A stretch of 55,701 bases of DNA from a virus (Duplodnaviria > Caudoviricetes). Position 1 is the stretch's first letter; each line of letters starts with the position of its first letter. The translations under genes and the position numbers were made by a program. Location of the stretch: positions 1 to 55,701 of IMG/VR virus record IMGVR_UViG_3300031740_000002. One strand, written 5' to 3'. Below the pieces are notes generated by a model, which worked only from the letters and a program-made list of their open reading frames with translations, did no database searches and was not told the DNA's origin. This document shows, piece by piece, positions 55,562 to 55,701 of the stretch.

Positions 55562-55701
55562 TCAGCCTCCCGCGCTCGCGCCGACGGTGCGCACACCGAA
55601 GCTGATACCGCGTCGCGCCAGGGTGCTCGCCACTCCGGCGCCGACGGCCGCCCCGGTACGCCTGGCCTCAGCCTCGGTGGGTGTGGCACCGGAGAACATG
55701 A
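55562..55701 (-). CDS. C-terminal end of tape measure protein (partial)
   Basis: MFSGATPTEAEARRTGAAVG...GG* plausibly continues ...NVGGITI at base 1. Confidence 0.65.
   Translation of the reverse strand, partial: MFSGATPTEAEARRTGAAVGAGVASTLARRGISFGVRTVGASAGG

Overview
High-GC actinomycete siphophage genome, apparently near-complete and opened inside the tape-measure gene (its N-terminal part ends at base 1 and a matching C-terminal tail lies at 55562-55701). Minus-strand virion arm: terminase, portal, a 1197-aa MuF-like polyvalent protein, a 2H phosphoesterase, protease, two capsid proteins, head-tail and tail genes, tape measure, HNH, minor tail, a six-enzyme glycosylation cassette, holin and amidase. 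Middle: RusA-like nuclease, SF2 helicase, Prim-Pol plus AAA helicase with a likely origin, Dam-type methylase, poly-gamma-glutamate hydrolase, RecB-like nuclease, M23 peptidase, FHA protein, SSB-like protein and small regulators. I recognise no integrase, ParA or DNA polymerase. Most notable: copies of the capsid GG[WF]CAPS motif in two non-capsid proteins, an 11-copy TGAC-N2-GTCA operator/promoter motif, GrpE-like repeats in the MuF protein, and a ~950-nt structured, mostly non-coding region with a tRNA-like module. All calls come from reading motifs and gene order; no database searches were run.
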